A stretch of 52,846 nt of DNA from a virus. Lineage: Duplodnaviria > Caudoviricetes. This document shows, one piece after another, positions 26,243 through 36,797 of this stretch (positions are counted from its first letter, which is position 1; each line of letters opens with the position of its first letter). The notes below the pieces were generated by a model. The model ran no database searches. It saw nothing but the letters and a program-made list of their open reading frames with translations, and was not told the DNA's origin. The position numbers were made by a program, and so were the translations under genes. The DNA lies in IMG/VR virus record IMGVR_UViG_3300032083_000594, positions 1 to 52,846 of that record; one strand, 5' to 3'.

Positions 26243-26406
26243 TAATTTAAAAAGAAGTTTTGTGCTTCTACTTCATCCTTTAATTCTTCTTGAAACGTCG
26301 TGTTTAATTTTTCTACAATTGCATCTAAATCTCTAACTTGAGATTCTGCAACAGTAATATCATATTCTCTACTAGCTCTTGTTAAAACTTGTACTATTTT
26401 TGCCAT
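26242..26406 (-). CDS. small hypothetical protein (54 aa, not in track)
   Basis: MAKIVQVLTRASREYD...; TAATG-coupled at both ends. Confidence 0.6.
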   Translation of the reverse strand: MAKIVQVLTRASREYDITVAESQVRDLDAIVEKLNTTFQEELKDEVEAQNFFLN

Positions 26407-28583
26407 TATCTTCTTCCATCTGGTTGTGTATCTAGTCTAAAAGTTCCTAGTTTCCAACTTTGACTACTTGCTGTATTTTCTACTTTCATTGCTATTGCTC
26501 TTGCTCTTGCACGTGTGTCTATTTTTTTAGTAGAAGTTGTAAGATCAAATGGTCCAAGAGGTGAACTTGATTGCGAATCATTAGGGTAATTTTTTAATTG
26601 TAATGTAACTCGAGTTGTTCCAGTCTGACTTATAAAGTCAGGTACAAATCTTCTTATCTTCATTAAATATTCACCATCTCCTCTAAATGTTGCAACACCT
26701 GTTTGTTGACCCGTTTGAGCCCTTGCTTGTGTAATATCAAAATCTCCTGATGAGATATTTGAAGTGATTGCAGTTATGACTCCATTTTTATTTTGGTCAG
26801 TTCCTATTTCATGTTCATAATAAGTTGTTATACCTTCTGTATTTCCAACCACATCAAACGATGTATCCGTATCTGCATCGTATTCTGTTGCATGCGGAGT
26901 TCCAAATACAGCAGAGTCTCTCCACATAGTTCTAGAGAGTGTTCCATTAGTCCATACAGGTCTTTGTGGTGATGAATCAAAATAATTATATGTAACTTGT
27001 CTATTTACAACTGATGATGTAGATGTTGGATAAAACCATATTACTTCACCAAACAAGTTATTTAATCCAGCAGACACCATTTGATTACCAGAGTCTAGAT
27101 TGATGTCATCAAAAACAAAATCTTCTACCAAACAAGGTAATGATTCTAATTTACCAGCATATCTAAAGAAACCATTCTCTGACATCCAATACGCAGCACC
27201 ATCAACTTCTACACATGCATTCTGTCCAACCAAACCACAGTTAGTTCCAACTTGTGCAAACGCAAAAGTAAATGGTTGACCAACAAAACGTTGAGTAAAC
27301 AATGCAGTATCAGTCCAAACATAAAGTGCATCTCTACCTCTGATTGCTCCTATGATCCGTGATCCATCGGCCAATCTCTGTGTGCCAGCGGTATTAGTTG
27401 CTGTAGGTGTGTATGTGTTTATATCTTCTTGGTCCGAGAACCTAATGAACATATCGTCTTGTGTTGACGTATCACCAATAGTTGTTTCAGTACCATAAAA
27501 TACTAAGTGACGATCGGGAGTAGATACAACCATATGTCTTGATGCTGTAGGTGCGCCTGATATAATTGTTGCTCTTGTTGTCGTTGCATTTGATAATGAA
27601 GAGTCCCATTCAAAAACAGCGTTGTTATGTATTAAACAAATTGCTTTGTCTCCAAAATTATCAATCGACCACATACCTGGTTCAATAATTAAATCTCCAG
27701 ATGCTGCTTCACCCCATGCAACATAATCGGTTGAATTTGTAACTGTTGCACCATCACTATGAGATGCTGCTGTTGTTCCAGCAACTCCTCTTGTTAAACC
27801 CGTTAGTGTATTACCACTAACTCCAGTGTAAGAAATTTCTTCTGATCCTATAATAATAAAATTAGTTCCAGTGCTAGGAAATAAAGAAGCGTCCGCTAAA
27901 GTAAGAGTGGTTACAGAATCGTTGATTGCACCATCTAAAGTAGTTGTAACTGCTCCAGCAGCTTCTCCACCCCATGAACCTAATCCATATCCAAATCCTT
28001 TTGCTTGTACTGCTGGACCCACAGTGTAGTAATGTTGAACTCTAATGCCACCTGATGTTGTTGCACCAGATCCTGATTCGTTTGATGGCATTGTAATAGT
28101 TAAAGTTGTAGTTGTAGGTACAGATGTCACCATAAATTTTTTATCATCAAAATCAGAAGCACTAAAATTTGAATTAGTTATTGAAGTAAAACTATCTAAA
28201 AGAATAATATCGTCCTCTTGTATATTGTGTGCTGATGAAAATGTTATTGTAACTGTAGGAGATCCATTAGTTGTACTAAATGCGTTTGTTAATGTTGTAG
28301 TAGATTTAATAGGATGTATGTCATAAAATATACCCCCTGAATATGCATATAAAATTCTATTTGTTCCTATAATAGCATATTTTCTACCTAAACTATTTAC
28401 AAAATGATGAAGACCTCTAGCGGCCCCTGTTAATTCATCTGTTCCTAGTTGTTTCCAACCTCCTATTTTTTCAGGTGTTCCGTATCTAAATCTAACGTTA
28501 TCACAATCCACCCATTGGCCCTCAGCTGTGGTTTCTGAAATTTGTTTATTTATACCTGGTTGAAAACCTATTTTCTGTAACAT
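26406..28583 (-). CDS. tail nozzle / head-stabilisation protein (P22 gp10 / T7 gp12-like)
   Basis: 725 aa beta-propeller-like sequence (IRFSDQE, VWTD, YWMS, EVIWFYP) with inserted Thr-rich domains. Confidence 0.65.
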   Translation of the reverse strand: MLQKIGFQPGINKQISETTAEGQWVDCDNVRFRYGTPEKIGGWKQLGTDELTGAARGLHHFVNSLGRKYAIIGTNRILYAYSGGIFYDIHPIKSTTTLTNAFSTTNGSPTVTITFSSAHNIQEDDIILLDSFTSITNSNFSASDFDDKKFMVTSVPTTTTLTITMPSNESGSGATTSGGIRVQHYYTVGPAVQAKGFGYGLGSWGGEAAGAVTTTLDGAINDSVTTLTLADASLFPSTGTNFIIIGSEEISYTGVSGNTLTGLTRGVAGTTAASHSDGATVTNSTDYVAWGEAASGDLIIEPGMWSIDNFGDKAICLIHNNAVFEWDSSLSNATTTRATIISGAPTASRHMVVSTPDRHLVFYGTETTIGDTSTQDDMFIRFSDQEDINTYTPTATNTAGTQRLADGSRIIGAIRGRDALYVWTDTALFTQRFVGQPFTFAFAQVGTNCGLVGQNACVEVDGAAYWMSENGFFRYAGKLESLPCLVEDFVFDDINLDSGNQMVSAGLNNLFGEVIWFYPTSTSSVVNRQVTYNYFDSSPQRPVWTNGTLSRTMWRDSAVFGTPHATEYDADTDTSFDVVGNTEGITTYYEHEIGTDQNKNGVITAITSNISSGDFDITQARAQTGQQTGVATFRGDGEYLMKIRRFVPDFISQTGTTRVTLQLKNYPNDSQSSSPLGPFDLTTSTKKIDTRARARAIAMKVENTASSQSWKLGTFRLDTQPDGRR

Positions 28584-28615
28584 ATATGTCCTTATTTATT
28601 AAAAATCTTAATAAA

Positions 28616-28649
28616 GCAAGTGAGTATGTGTGGTGTAATACTCACTCGC
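28616..28649 (-). terminator. intrinsic terminator after the oxygenase genes
   Basis: GCGAGTGAGTAT / ATACTCACTTGC 12-bp stem followed by TTTATT. Confidence 0.65.
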
Positions 28650-28672
28650 CAATGTTTTATATCAATCTTTAC

Positions 28673-29296
28673 TTATAAAATCAACTCAGCTAAGTCTCGA
28701 TTTGGCCCTATTTTACCTTTGAGGAAAGTATTAAATGCAAGACTTATTCTAGTATTAGAACCCCTTTTATTATCCACTTGATGAGTTGTAGAAGATGGAA
28801 ACATTATTATCTCACCAGTTTCTACCGGAAAAAACCAAGAAGAAGAATTATATGGGTTATATTTATCTTTATTAATTTCAGGGGATATTTGTTTATATGA
28901 TATTGGATTAAAAAATTTTATTAAATCAGTTTCTTTGTTTGAATCAATATACAAAACACCTGATGCAAATGAATTAGGATGTTCATGTTTATGATGAAAT
29001 TCATTTTCTTCCGTATAATTTAACCAAGACTGAGTTACATAAATTTTTATATCTTTCTTTGGACAAACAACATTATTTAAATAACTTTGACAAACTTCAT
29101 CCACAAATTGTTTAATATTTTTAAGTTCAGGTCTATTTAAAATATAATTATCTTTAGTATGAATATTACCTGAGTTGTTTACACAGTAATTTTTTTGATC
29201 ATTTACAAATTCTAATTCTTTTTCTGTAAATTCTCTACCTATATCTGTCATGTAAACAGGAATTGGAAATAGTCCATGAATTTTATAATCTTTCAT
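28673..29296 (-). CDS. putative 2OG-Fe(II) oxygenase (TIGR02466-like)
   Basis: LFPxP, QSWLN, HxHPNS, SGVLY, FPS..HxV and RISLAFN; start at TAATG 29296. Confidence 0.8.
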   Translation of the reverse strand: MKDYKIHGLFPIPVYMTDIGREFTEKELEFVNDQKNYCVNNSGNIHTKDNYILNRPELKNIKQFVDEVCQSYLNNVVCPKKDIKIYVTQSWLNYTEENEFHHKHEHPNSFASGVLYIDSNKETDLIKFFNPISYKQISPEINKDKYNPYNSSSWFFPVETGEIIMFPSSTTHQVDNKRGSNTRISLAFNTFLKGKIGPNRDLAELIL

Positions 29297-29883
29297 TAAT
29301 AACACCAAGATACAAATGAATATCTTGTTCCTTTTGTAACTGGTTTAACTAAATGTGGATATAAAAATACTGATGGAAATATTATAACATCTCCAGGTTT
29401 AAATTTTATTTGATAGTCATCAAACATAATAAATTCTCCACCTTCATAATCATCATTTAAAACACCAACAATACTTAAAATTGGTATACCTCTTTTTTCA
29501 CCTGTAAATAAACTATGAATGTGATCACAATGTTTAGACATTATTTGATTTTTATTATATCTATTAAATCTTAATTTGTAAAAACCTTTCCAACCATCAA
29601 ATTGTGGTCCACTTATTTTGTCAATAACAATATATTTTTCTAATGCTTTCCAAGTTAATCTCATTAACTCTTCTATATAAGTTAAATCATCTCCATAGCA
29701 AACATCAAGTTCTCTTTCACCATTTTTATCAAATTCATTATAATTCTGTGTGCTTGTATAAAAATGTCTTTGCCATGTTTTATTTTTTTTTAATTCTTTT
29801 AAAGAATCATCTAAAATATTTTGAGGAATCCAATTATCTAAATGAAGTATGTAATTTTTTAAATCTAAAGATTGTTTTTTCAC
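29296..29883 (-). CDS. prolyl-4-hydroxylase-like 2OG-Fe(II) oxygenase
   Basis: HCD, LNDDYEGGEF, FPS...HLVKPVTKGTRYSFVSW. Confidence 0.85.
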   Translation of the reverse strand: MKKQSLDLKNYILHLDNWIPQNILDDSLKELKKNKTWQRHFYTSTQNYNEFDKNGERELDVCYGDDLTYIEELMRLTWKALEKYIVIDKISGPQFDGWKGFYKLRFNRYNKNQIMSKHCDHIHSLFTGEKRGIPILSIVGVLNDDYEGGEFIMFDDYQIKFKPGDVIIFPSVFLYPHLVKPVTKGTRYSFVSWCY

Positions 29884-29907
29884 ACCACTAAAAATATATT
29901 TGTTTTA

Positions 29908-30285
29908 TTATTCTCGTAAATCCCAAGTTTGATCTGTTTCATTCCAATTATATACTTGACCATCTGTAGGATAAGAAACAGGTGCTTCCCATTGACAAGT
30001 ATCTTCATTTATTGTCCAACTGTCATAAGGTTTTATTGGAATAAAAGCATCTCTTGTTTGATCGTATCTTCCACCAACAGTAGCATAATTTTTTCTAAAA
30101 GGTGTACCACCCAATTTATGTTCACCAGCAAAAGTATTGTAAGACGTCTGTATCCAAGTGTCAGCTGTATTGTAAATACTATTTAAAAAATCCGCACCAG
30201 CTTGTTCAGTTGTAGCAATATCATTGTGTACCACCTCGACTCTTTCAACTATGCTTCCAGTTCCTATTTTTGCAAAATGTGCCAT
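29908..30285 (-). CDS. tail-fibre-associated protein
   Basis: MAHFAK...WIQTSYN...FRKNYA...DAFI..KP..SW; directly follows the Gly-rich fibre gene. Confidence 0.65.
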   Translation of the reverse strand: MAHFAKIGTGSIVERVEVVHNDIATTEQAGADFLNSIYNTADTWIQTSYNTFAGEHKLGGTPFRKNYATVGGRYDQTRDAFIPIKPYDSWTINEDTCQWEAPVSYPTDGQVYNWNETDQTWDLRE

Positions 30286-30294
30286 AATAATCTC

Positions 30295-32541
30295 CTACGC
30301 TGTGTAAGTTCCACTTCCTGTAAATTTAATAATTGTATCTTCTCCGTCTGTTGTAACAGTTGGAGAACCACTTGTTGTGCCTGGATAAGCCGCTGTTCTT
30401 ACTCTTAAGATAACAACTCCACTTCCACCATTTCCAGATGAACCACCACCATCTGTTCCACCAGATCCACTTCCTGTATTTGCAGCTGCAGCAGTTGAAT
30501 TTCCTGAAGGTAAAACACCATCTGTTCCGCCACCAGCACCACCGTCTCCCGGTGCGCCACCTCCACCGCCACCAAAGTTACTTGCAGTTCCTGTTATTCC
30601 AGATACTAAACCATCTCCACCATTTTCTGAAGGTGCTCCAAAACCAGCTTCTCCAGTTCCTCCACCGCCACCAGTTCCACCAATACCACCATCAAAACCT
30701 TCTCCTGCAGTACCTAAACCATTTGGTGAACTACCTGGTGCAGAACTACCGCCACCACAACCGCCGTCTTTTGCAGCTACTGCTGATGGAGAATTATAAC
30801 CACCTCCACCTCCGCCACCTGTAGTTACTGAAATAATTTTTCCTCCCTTTTGAGCACGAAGAGAAGAACTTGAACCATTATTACCAGCATTGTTTGGACT
30901 AACGCCCCCACCTCCACCACCAACAGTTACAGTATAAACATCTCCTGCGGTTACCACTCCTGTGCCTTGTTTTAAACCTCCAGCACCTCCGCCACCACCA
31001 GAGTTTGCACCACCAGATGCTCCTCCAGCAAGATTTAAAAAACGTAAAATAGTTTGAGTTTTATCTGCAACAACACTATCTAGTTTTGGAATCCAACCTT
31101 TTGTTGAACCAGAATAAACTAATATGACGTGCTGTCCATTTTCATTATATACTGGAACAGAAGAACCTGTGCCTTGAAAATTTAAACCATTGTCAGCTAA
31201 AGTTACAGAATGAGTTCCCCATGATCTTGAATAATCTGCAAGTTCTATAATATCTCCAACACTAGCAGAAGATGGTAAAGTTACTACTACATCTCCAGAA
31301 GCAGTATTAATCCAAAAACCTTGTCCGGCTACTGCTGTAAAGTCAGCAGTTTTTATAGATGATTGCCATTGTGTTCCACCAGATGCATCAGTAAAAGATA
31401 AAGCACCTGATCCATTTGTTTTTAATACTTGATCTGCTGATCCATCAGCATTTGGAAAAGTTAATCCATCAAGAACAATGTTTCCTGAACCATTTGGTGT
31501 AATAGCAATATTACCATTAGCTGCATCTGTAATTTGAATTACTCCAGAATCTGTTCCACCATTTGTATTTAAAATTAAATCAGTTGCTCCACCAGTTGTT
31601 AGTGTAAGTGTTCCAGCACCATTTGAAGCTATTGTTGCCGCAGCACCTGAGTCACCAACTGTTAATGTATCAGCAGATGCTACTACATCTCCAGTTCCGT
31701 TTGGAGTAAGAGTTATGTTACCGTTTGAACCATCTGTAATTGTTATATTTCCAGAATTTGTTCCTGAGTTAGTATCTAATATTAAATCATGTGCTCCACT
31801 AGATGTAACAGTAGCGTTTGCAGATCCTGTTCCAACTTTAGTTTCACCACTTCCTTTTGGAATAATAGCTACGTCAATATTTGTATCTCCACCTGTTGCA
31901 GATATACTCGGTGCATTACCAGTTGCTGCATTTGTAATATCAAATTGATTTACTGCAGAAGCTGTAGTTTGAAATATAATTTGTTCATTACCATTCTCAT
32001 CAGTAATGCCATGAGCATCATCAAATGAAATATTAAATGAATTAGTATCTAGATTGCCACCTAATTGTGGTGATGTATCGTCAACAACATCACTTATACC
32101 AGTTCCAATCGCTAGTGTATCTATATCAGGATTAGTTCCATCGTTTGCTGTTGCAAATACAATTTTGTCTCCTTTATTTGTTGCTGAAAAAGTAAATGAA
32201 TCTCCTGATCCAGAAGCATATTTAAATTGTACTGTGTAAGCTCCTGAAGTTGAATTTCTTAAAATATAAAAGTTTTGTACATCAATTGGAATTGTAACTA
32301 TTTGATTACCTGTGATCGTTCCAGTAAATTCTATCATTCTGTGTGCAAGTTCTGCACCAGTTGATCCATCAGAAACAGCTAAAGCTGTAGTTTGTGCACC
32401 ACCTGCTATTGATTTTGCAATGTAGCCACCTGAAATTTGTTCAATAACCTGTAAATTGGTATTAGTTTTTGTTCCCCATGTACCGGCATTTTCACCAGTT
32501 GCTTGAAGTTCTACACCAAGAGGTGTGTATGTTGATGCCAT
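30295..32541 (-). CDS. tail fibre with Gly-rich C-terminal domain
   Basis: GENAGTWG N-terminus, DTSPQLGGNLD, repeated I-x-PNGxG units, GGGGGAGG ... GGSGVVILR C-terminal domain. Confidence 0.8.
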   Translation of the reverse strand: MASTYTPLGVELQATGENAGTWGTKTNTNLQVIEQISGGYIAKSIAGGAQTTALAVSDGSTGAELAHRMIEFTGTITGNQIVTIPIDVQNFYILRNSTSGAYTVQFKYASGSGDSFTFSATNKGDKIVFATANDGTNPDIDTLAIGTGISDVVDDTSPQLGGNLDTNSFNISFDDAHGITDENGNEQIIFQTTASAVNQFDITNAATGNAPSISATGGDTNIDVAIIPKGSGETKVGTGSANATVTSSGAHDLILDTNSGTNSGNITITDGSNGNITLTPNGTGDVVASADTLTVGDSGAAATIASNGAGTLTLTTGGATDLILNTNGGTDSGVIQITDAANGNIAITPNGSGNIVLDGLTFPNADGSADQVLKTNGSGALSFTDASGGTQWQSSIKTADFTAVAGQGFWINTASGDVVVTLPSSASVGDIIELADYSRSWGTHSVTLADNGLNFQGTGSSVPVYNENGQHVILVYSGSTKGWIPKLDSVVADKTQTILRFLNLAGGASGGANSGGGGGAGGLKQGTGVVTAGDVYTVTVGGGGGGVSPNNAGNNGSSSSLRAQKGGKIISVTTGGGGGGGYNSPSAVAAKDGGCGGGSSAPGSSPNGLGTAGEGFDGGIGGTGGGGGTGEAGFGAPSENGGDGLVSGITGTASNFGGGGGGAPGDGGAGGGTDGVLPSGNSTAAAANTGSGSGGTDGGGSSGNGGSGVVILRVRTAAYPGTTSGSPTVTTDGEDTIIKFTGSGTYTA

Positions 32542-32552
32542 AAATTTTTCTC

Positions 32553-33668
32553 CTATGCAGCGTCAGTATAACTTGTATTTGATCCAGTTGCAACATTTGA
32601 ATACGAACTATCCGATCCTGTAGATAGACCAGAATAAGAAGAATTCGATCCTGTTGATGAGGTGTTATACGAAGTATTTGAACCAGTGTCAATATTTTGA
32701 TAAGATTTAATTCCTAATATTCCTACACTTGATGTTATTTCAAGTCCTGTTAAACCCATTACATCAGCTGGTGATAAAGAGCCAACATTAGTTGTAGAAG
32801 ATTGACCAGATATTTCATATGTAAATTCAAGTGTAAATGAACCTACACTTGTAGATGCTGATACACCTGATATATTAATTAATTCTGCACTTGCAATTTC
32901 AAGAGTTCCTACACTTGTTGTTGCAGATACTCCTGTAATTATTTCTTCTGGACCAAATTCTAAACCTAGTGTGCCTAAACCTGAAGTAGCAGCTACTCCT
33001 GATAATGCTCCAACTGTACCAAATTCTAAACCTAATGTGCCTTGATTTATTGTAGATGATTGTCCTGTAATTGCTGGTGTTGAATCTAATCTAATAGTTG
33101 TTGAGCCAACATTTGTTGTAGCTTCTTGACCAGATAAACCCATTACATCTGCAGGAGCTATTGAACCTACACTTGAAGTTAAACCTTGACCAACTAAAGT
33201 TATAATTTCATTTGGAGATTCGCCCCAAGAATTATCTCCCCATGCATCTCTACCCCAACCAACTAAAGTCCCGGCATAAGACATTGTTGGAGTTGCAAAA
33301 GTTGCAGCAACTCCTGTTACAGCAACTCCTAATTCTGCATCTATATCAAGACTTCCTACTTCTGCAGTCATGGAGTGGTTTGCACCAACCATTTCTAAAG
33401 AAACAGTAACTGTAGTTGCAATAGATATAGATCCAGGCGAAGCTGTAGCCTCTACACCACTTATAGCTACTGTTTCATCTGCACCTTCACCCCAATCAGC
33501 TGTATTCCAAGTTAATCTACCCCAACCTGTTTCATTAAACTCTGTTAAATCACCAAGTGAAGTTGTTGCAGATACGCCTGTTAAGTCGACAGTTAAAACG
33601 TTAGATTGCCATGAGTTTTGATTCCATGCAACTGAGGGGTTGTCTCCGCCCCAAATTGATGTAGCCAT
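32553..33668 (-). CDS. virion structural protein with WG and TGxSAT repeats
   Basis: GWGRxxWG motifs and [IL]TGxxATxxxG repeats. Confidence 0.65.
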   Translation of the reverse strand: MATSIWGGDNPSVAWNQNSWQSNVLTVDLTGVSATTSLGDLTEFNETGWGRLTWNTADWGEGADETVAISGVEATASPGSISIATTVTVSLEMVGANHSMTAEVGSLDIDAELGVAVTGVAATFATPTMSYAGTLVGWGRDAWGDNSWGESPNEIITLVGQGLTSSVGSIAPADVMGLSGQEATTNVGSTTIRLDSTPAITGQSSTINQGTLGLEFGTVGALSGVAATSGLGTLGLEFGPEEIITGVSATTSVGTLEIASAELINISGVSASTSVGSFTLEFTYEISGQSSTTNVGSLSPADVMGLTGLEITSSVGILGIKSYQNIDTGSNTSYNTSSTGSNSSYSGLSTGSDSSYSNVATGSNTSYTDAA

Positions 33669-33681
33669 AAGGAAATCCTCC

Positions 33682-34119
33682 TTACGCTATACGAATGATT
33701 GCGTTACTTGCGTCTGCTGTTGGAAATTGAATTGTGAATGTTCCACTTGATACTGTCTTATCACCACCGAATGCTATAACAGCAACAGCTTTGTCAGATT
33801 GATCATCATTATAAATTAATGCACCATTAGCTGTAAAAGATGCTGAAGTATAACTAACATCTGCAAAGTCACAGAATGCAGTTGTTCCAGAAGTAGTTGG
33901 CGTAACGCTTGTTAATGTTGCACCACCTGCAGAGTATGCAGATCCTGATGTGTTTGAAATTTCATTTGATGTTGAATAAGCAGTTGTACCTGCACCTAAA
34001 GATGCATCACTTGTAAATAAAGCTATCTTAAAAGTATCACCACTTGTTGCTGTAAAATTATGTGTTCCAACTAAAATCTCTTGTTTGAAACTTGTACAAA
34101 TTGCTGATGATATAGCCAT
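33682..34119 (-). CDS. virion structural protein
   Basis: CTSFK, FKIALF, YSAGG and GALIYN motifs; position in the tail operon. Confidence 0.7.
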   Translation of the reverse strand: MAISSAICTSFKQEILVGTHNFTATSGDTFKIALFTSDASLGAGTTAYSTSNEISNTSGSAYSAGGATLTSVTPTTSGTTAFCDFADVSYTSASFTANGALIYNDDQSDKAVAVIAFGGDKTVSSGTFTIQFPTADASNAIIRIA

Positions 34120-34129
34120 AATTTATCTC

Positions 34130-34837
34130 CTACGGGTTTGCTGAGTTTACTGGAATACGAACAGCACCATCAGTGTAGTCATCTCTTCGTCTTCTACCAA
34201 CTTGCTCGTTAGCAAACTTCTGTATCTCCTGTTTATATTTATTTTCATACAAAGTCAACATATCTATTGGGCCTTTTAAATATCCATAAGTTTCAGATAA
34301 ACAACAATATAAAAGACCATTTGGAAAATTAAGACTAATATAATTAGTTTGATTACTAGATTCTAGAGTAGCTGGCATTTTATTAAAATGAACTCTAAAT
34401 TTATATGTTGTATCGGGAACTGGTGCTAAAAATAAACGTCCTGATGTTGAATCAGTATTTCCTGTTGCTCCGCCATACATAGCATAATATTTAGGTTGTC
34501 CTCTTTTAGAAGACTCTGTTGATGGTACATATTCTTGTAAATATGTTACATCTTTTTTTTCTAACCAAATATTAGCTCCTGTTGTAGCAGATGTTGAATC
34601 ATAAACTTGAACACCTCTTATAAATAATGCTCCAGCTGGAGCATTTATTGTTTCTTGTCCTGCAACTAAATTACCAGTTTGTTGAACTCTATCTGAATCA
34701 ATCGGCACATCTCTCATAATTCTATATTGAGCATTTAAAATAATATTTTCTAAAACAGCTGTTGTTAAAACATTAGAATCTGTTTCAGTGTAATTTCTAA
34801 TATTTGTAACTAAATCACTGTAACTTAATCCTGCCAT
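34130..34837 (-). CDS. head-tail adaptor / tail tubular-like protein
   Basis: Y..L...I..YTE, GQPKYY, LAPVPD, LLY..L.E pattern. Confidence 0.6.
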   Translation of the reverse strand: MAGLSYSDLVTNIRNYTETDSNVLTTAVLENIILNAQYRIMRDVPIDSDRVQQTGNLVAGQETINAPAGALFIRGVQVYDSTSATTGANIWLEKKDVTYLQEYVPSTESSKRGQPKYYAMYGGATGNTDSTSGRLFLAPVPDTTYKFRVHFNKMPATLESSNQTNYISLNFPNGLLYCCLSETYGYLKGPIDMLTLYENKYKQEIQKFANEQVGRRRRDDYTDGAVRIPVNSANP

Positions 34838-34986
34838 TATTTATTATCTCCTTGATGTTTTAAACGTATTTTTTTCTGTTTCGCAGTTTCCTCTACAGGT
34901 GCATCTACTTCTTCAGATAATTCAAGATAAGAATCTTGTTTTGTAGGTTTAAAAATATTTTTTATCCAATTCCAAATTTTGTTCAT
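34837..34986 (-). CDS. small hypothetical protein (49 aa)
   Basis: True start MNKIWNW at TAATG 34986; TAATG at the end. Confidence 0.55.
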   Translation of the reverse strand: MNKIWNWIKNIFKPTKQDSYLELSEEVDAPVEETAKQKKIRLKHQGDNK

Positions 34987-35573
34987 TATGCTTCTATGGT
35001 TACGGGTCCAACAGAACAACCGTATCCTCCTCCTTTTATATTACCTGTTGTAGCAGTATTTGTGTCCACTGTAAAAAAGAAAAAATTACTAGTTATGTAA
35101 TCACTTGATGCATCTCTAGCATCACTTTTATATCTACCTGTTCTTATTGTATATCCTGTAGATTTAGCAATATTTGATCCTGCTATACCATCAAAACTTT
35201 CTGGGTTAGCATAAGTAAAAGAGCTTCCTGCAGAAGTAGTTGGGGGTCCTCTAAATCTATAAGTAGTGTTATCTGTTAATCCATGACCAGGTGAGAATAC
35301 ATTTATAATCCCGGACCCTGCTGCATATGTTTCAAAACCATTATTTGGTATTCTTACAGTTGTAGCTGGTTCTGTTCTATCACTTCTAACGTTTCTTAAT
35401 GCAATGCCATCAGCAGAAAGAGGTTTTGGTTCTAGTTGTGGCTGTTTTGGTTCAAATTCAGAAACATGTACAAATGCACCATTCCATTCTCTGACCATTT
35501 CTCTATATGGAAACTCCATACCAGATCGATCAGAAATTGCTTTTGCATGTTTACCTGTTGAGTATTTTGCCAT
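34986..35573 (-). CDS. conserved virion-module protein
   Basis: AISDRSG..FPY.EM..EWNG...EPKQPQ motif. Confidence 0.7.
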   Translation of the reverse strand: MAKYSTGKHAKAISDRSGMEFPYREMVREWNGAFVHVSEFEPKQPQLEPKPLSADGIALRNVRSDRTEPATTVRIPNNGFETYAAGSGIINVFSPGHGLTDNTTYRFRGPPTTSAGSSFTYANPESFDGIAGSNIAKSTGYTIRTGRYKSDARDASSDYITSNFFFFTVDTNTATTGNIKGGGYGCSVGPVTIEA

Positions 35574-36325
35574 TATGTTCCTGGGTAATAAGCTTTTGGT
35601 GTTATATATGTACTAGAAGCAGAACCATCTTCTGCTAATGCTCTAGCTAATTCATCTTCGTAAGCTAATTTCATAGCTTGCATTAATTGTGGTTGATATT
35701 TTTGTGATAAATAATATGCAAGTCCTGATACCATGCAAGGCACAAATCTAAACGGCACATCAGTTGCATTTGTATAATCACCTACATCTTGAATTCTTTT
35801 GATAAAATAAAAATGCATATCTTTAGATGCATTTGTAGAATCTGGTGTTGGGTAAATATGTATTCTAACTTTATCAATAAATCTTTCTACCCAATATTGA
35901 TTAGGTGTACCTTTTGAAAGTTTATTTGAAAAACCTGCATAAGTAGATCTGTCTACTTTAGACATTGGTGAATCTGATTGAGTAGTTTGAGTTCTATTAG
36001 ACCTTAATTGTGCCTCAAGAACATCGGACATACCATATATTCCATTAGTAGGTGTAGTTGTTGCAGAAGTTCCATCACCACTAGCTCTAAAAAAATCATA
36101 GTCTGACTGTCCTTCAATTAAATCGAGATTAGTTTCAGCTATTTCCCAATAGTGAATACCTCTATTACCCCATTCTTGAAATAAAATATTAAGGGACCTT
36201 CTTGCAGATTTAAGTTGATAACCGGCAACTGAATTTAATCCTATACGTTCGAAAGCATCTTCTATTATTTCTTCAATAGAAAAAGTTTTGTCGAACGTTG
36301 TTGTTCCCGAAGTAGTATTAGCCAT
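35573..36325 (-). CDS. head-tail adaptor (tail tubular protein A-like)
   Basis: ARRSLN..F.EW.NRG, GTPNQY, IYPTPD, P.RF.PC..SGLAYY. Confidence 0.65.
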   Translation of the reverse strand: MANTTSGTTTFDKTFSIEEIIEDAFERIGLNSVAGYQLKSARRSLNILFQEWGNRGIHYWEIAETNLDLIEGQSDYDFFRASGDGTSATTTPTNGIYGMSDVLEAQLRSNRTQTTQSDSPMSKVDRSTYAGFSNKLSKGTPNQYWVERFIDKVRIHIYPTPDSTNASKDMHFYFIKRIQDVGDYTNATDVPFRFVPCMVSGLAYYLSQKYQPQLMQAMKLAYEDELARALAEDGSASSTYITPKAYYPGT

Positions 36326-36333
36326 TTAAACTC

Positions 36334-36741
36334 CTACGATTCGTAAACTTTAATCCATTCACAAACAATTGTACCTGTATCTCCTGCGGTGCAAGCTGGT
36401 AAAACAACATTTACATCACCAGTGAATCCACTAGCATCAGTGTTTTTTAATCCACCAAAAGATGAATAGTCATATTCCATTTCACCTGCTAAAGTTTGAA
36501 ATACAACATCTGTTGTTGCATCCCATTGCATTCTAATTGCATCTGCTGGTGCTGTTACAGAAACGTTAAAACTAACTTTGTTTAGTCTTACAGTTTTGCA
36601 AGTTTTACCATTATTTGATGCTAATTCAGAAACGTCAACTATTTTAGTTGTGCTTCCAGAGTTATCAGAAACTACATTGTAGTGAGTGATTAGTTTTTTT
36701 GCTCCGTCAAATACAGTTGTATTTAATACTGTGTCTGCCAT
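36334..36741 (-). CDS. putative structural protein
   Basis: 135 aa; AGGAGG RBS. Confidence 0.7.
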   Translation of the reverse strand: MADTVLNTTVFDGAKKLITHYNVVSDNSGSTTKIVDVSELASNNGKTCKTVRLNKVSFNVSVTAPADAIRMQWDATTDVVFQTLAGEMEYDYSSFGGLKNTDASGFTGDVNVVLPACTAGDTGTIVCEWIKVYES

Positions 36742-36760
36742 GTTTTTGTCCTCCTTTTAA

Positions 36761-36786
36761 AGGACGCCTGCATTACCAGGCGCCCC
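36761..36786 (-). terminator. GC-rich hairpin (terminator or stabiliser)
   Basis: GGGGCGCCTG-GTAATG-CAGGCGTCCT followed by TT. Confidence 0.5.
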
Positions 36787-36797
36787 GAGTTAATTTA

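Noticed and set aside
30295-31030. GG-rich strings in the tail fibre as GG tags
   Set aside because: They are explained by the common glycine-rich fibre domain and have no GGR[IAT]G context.
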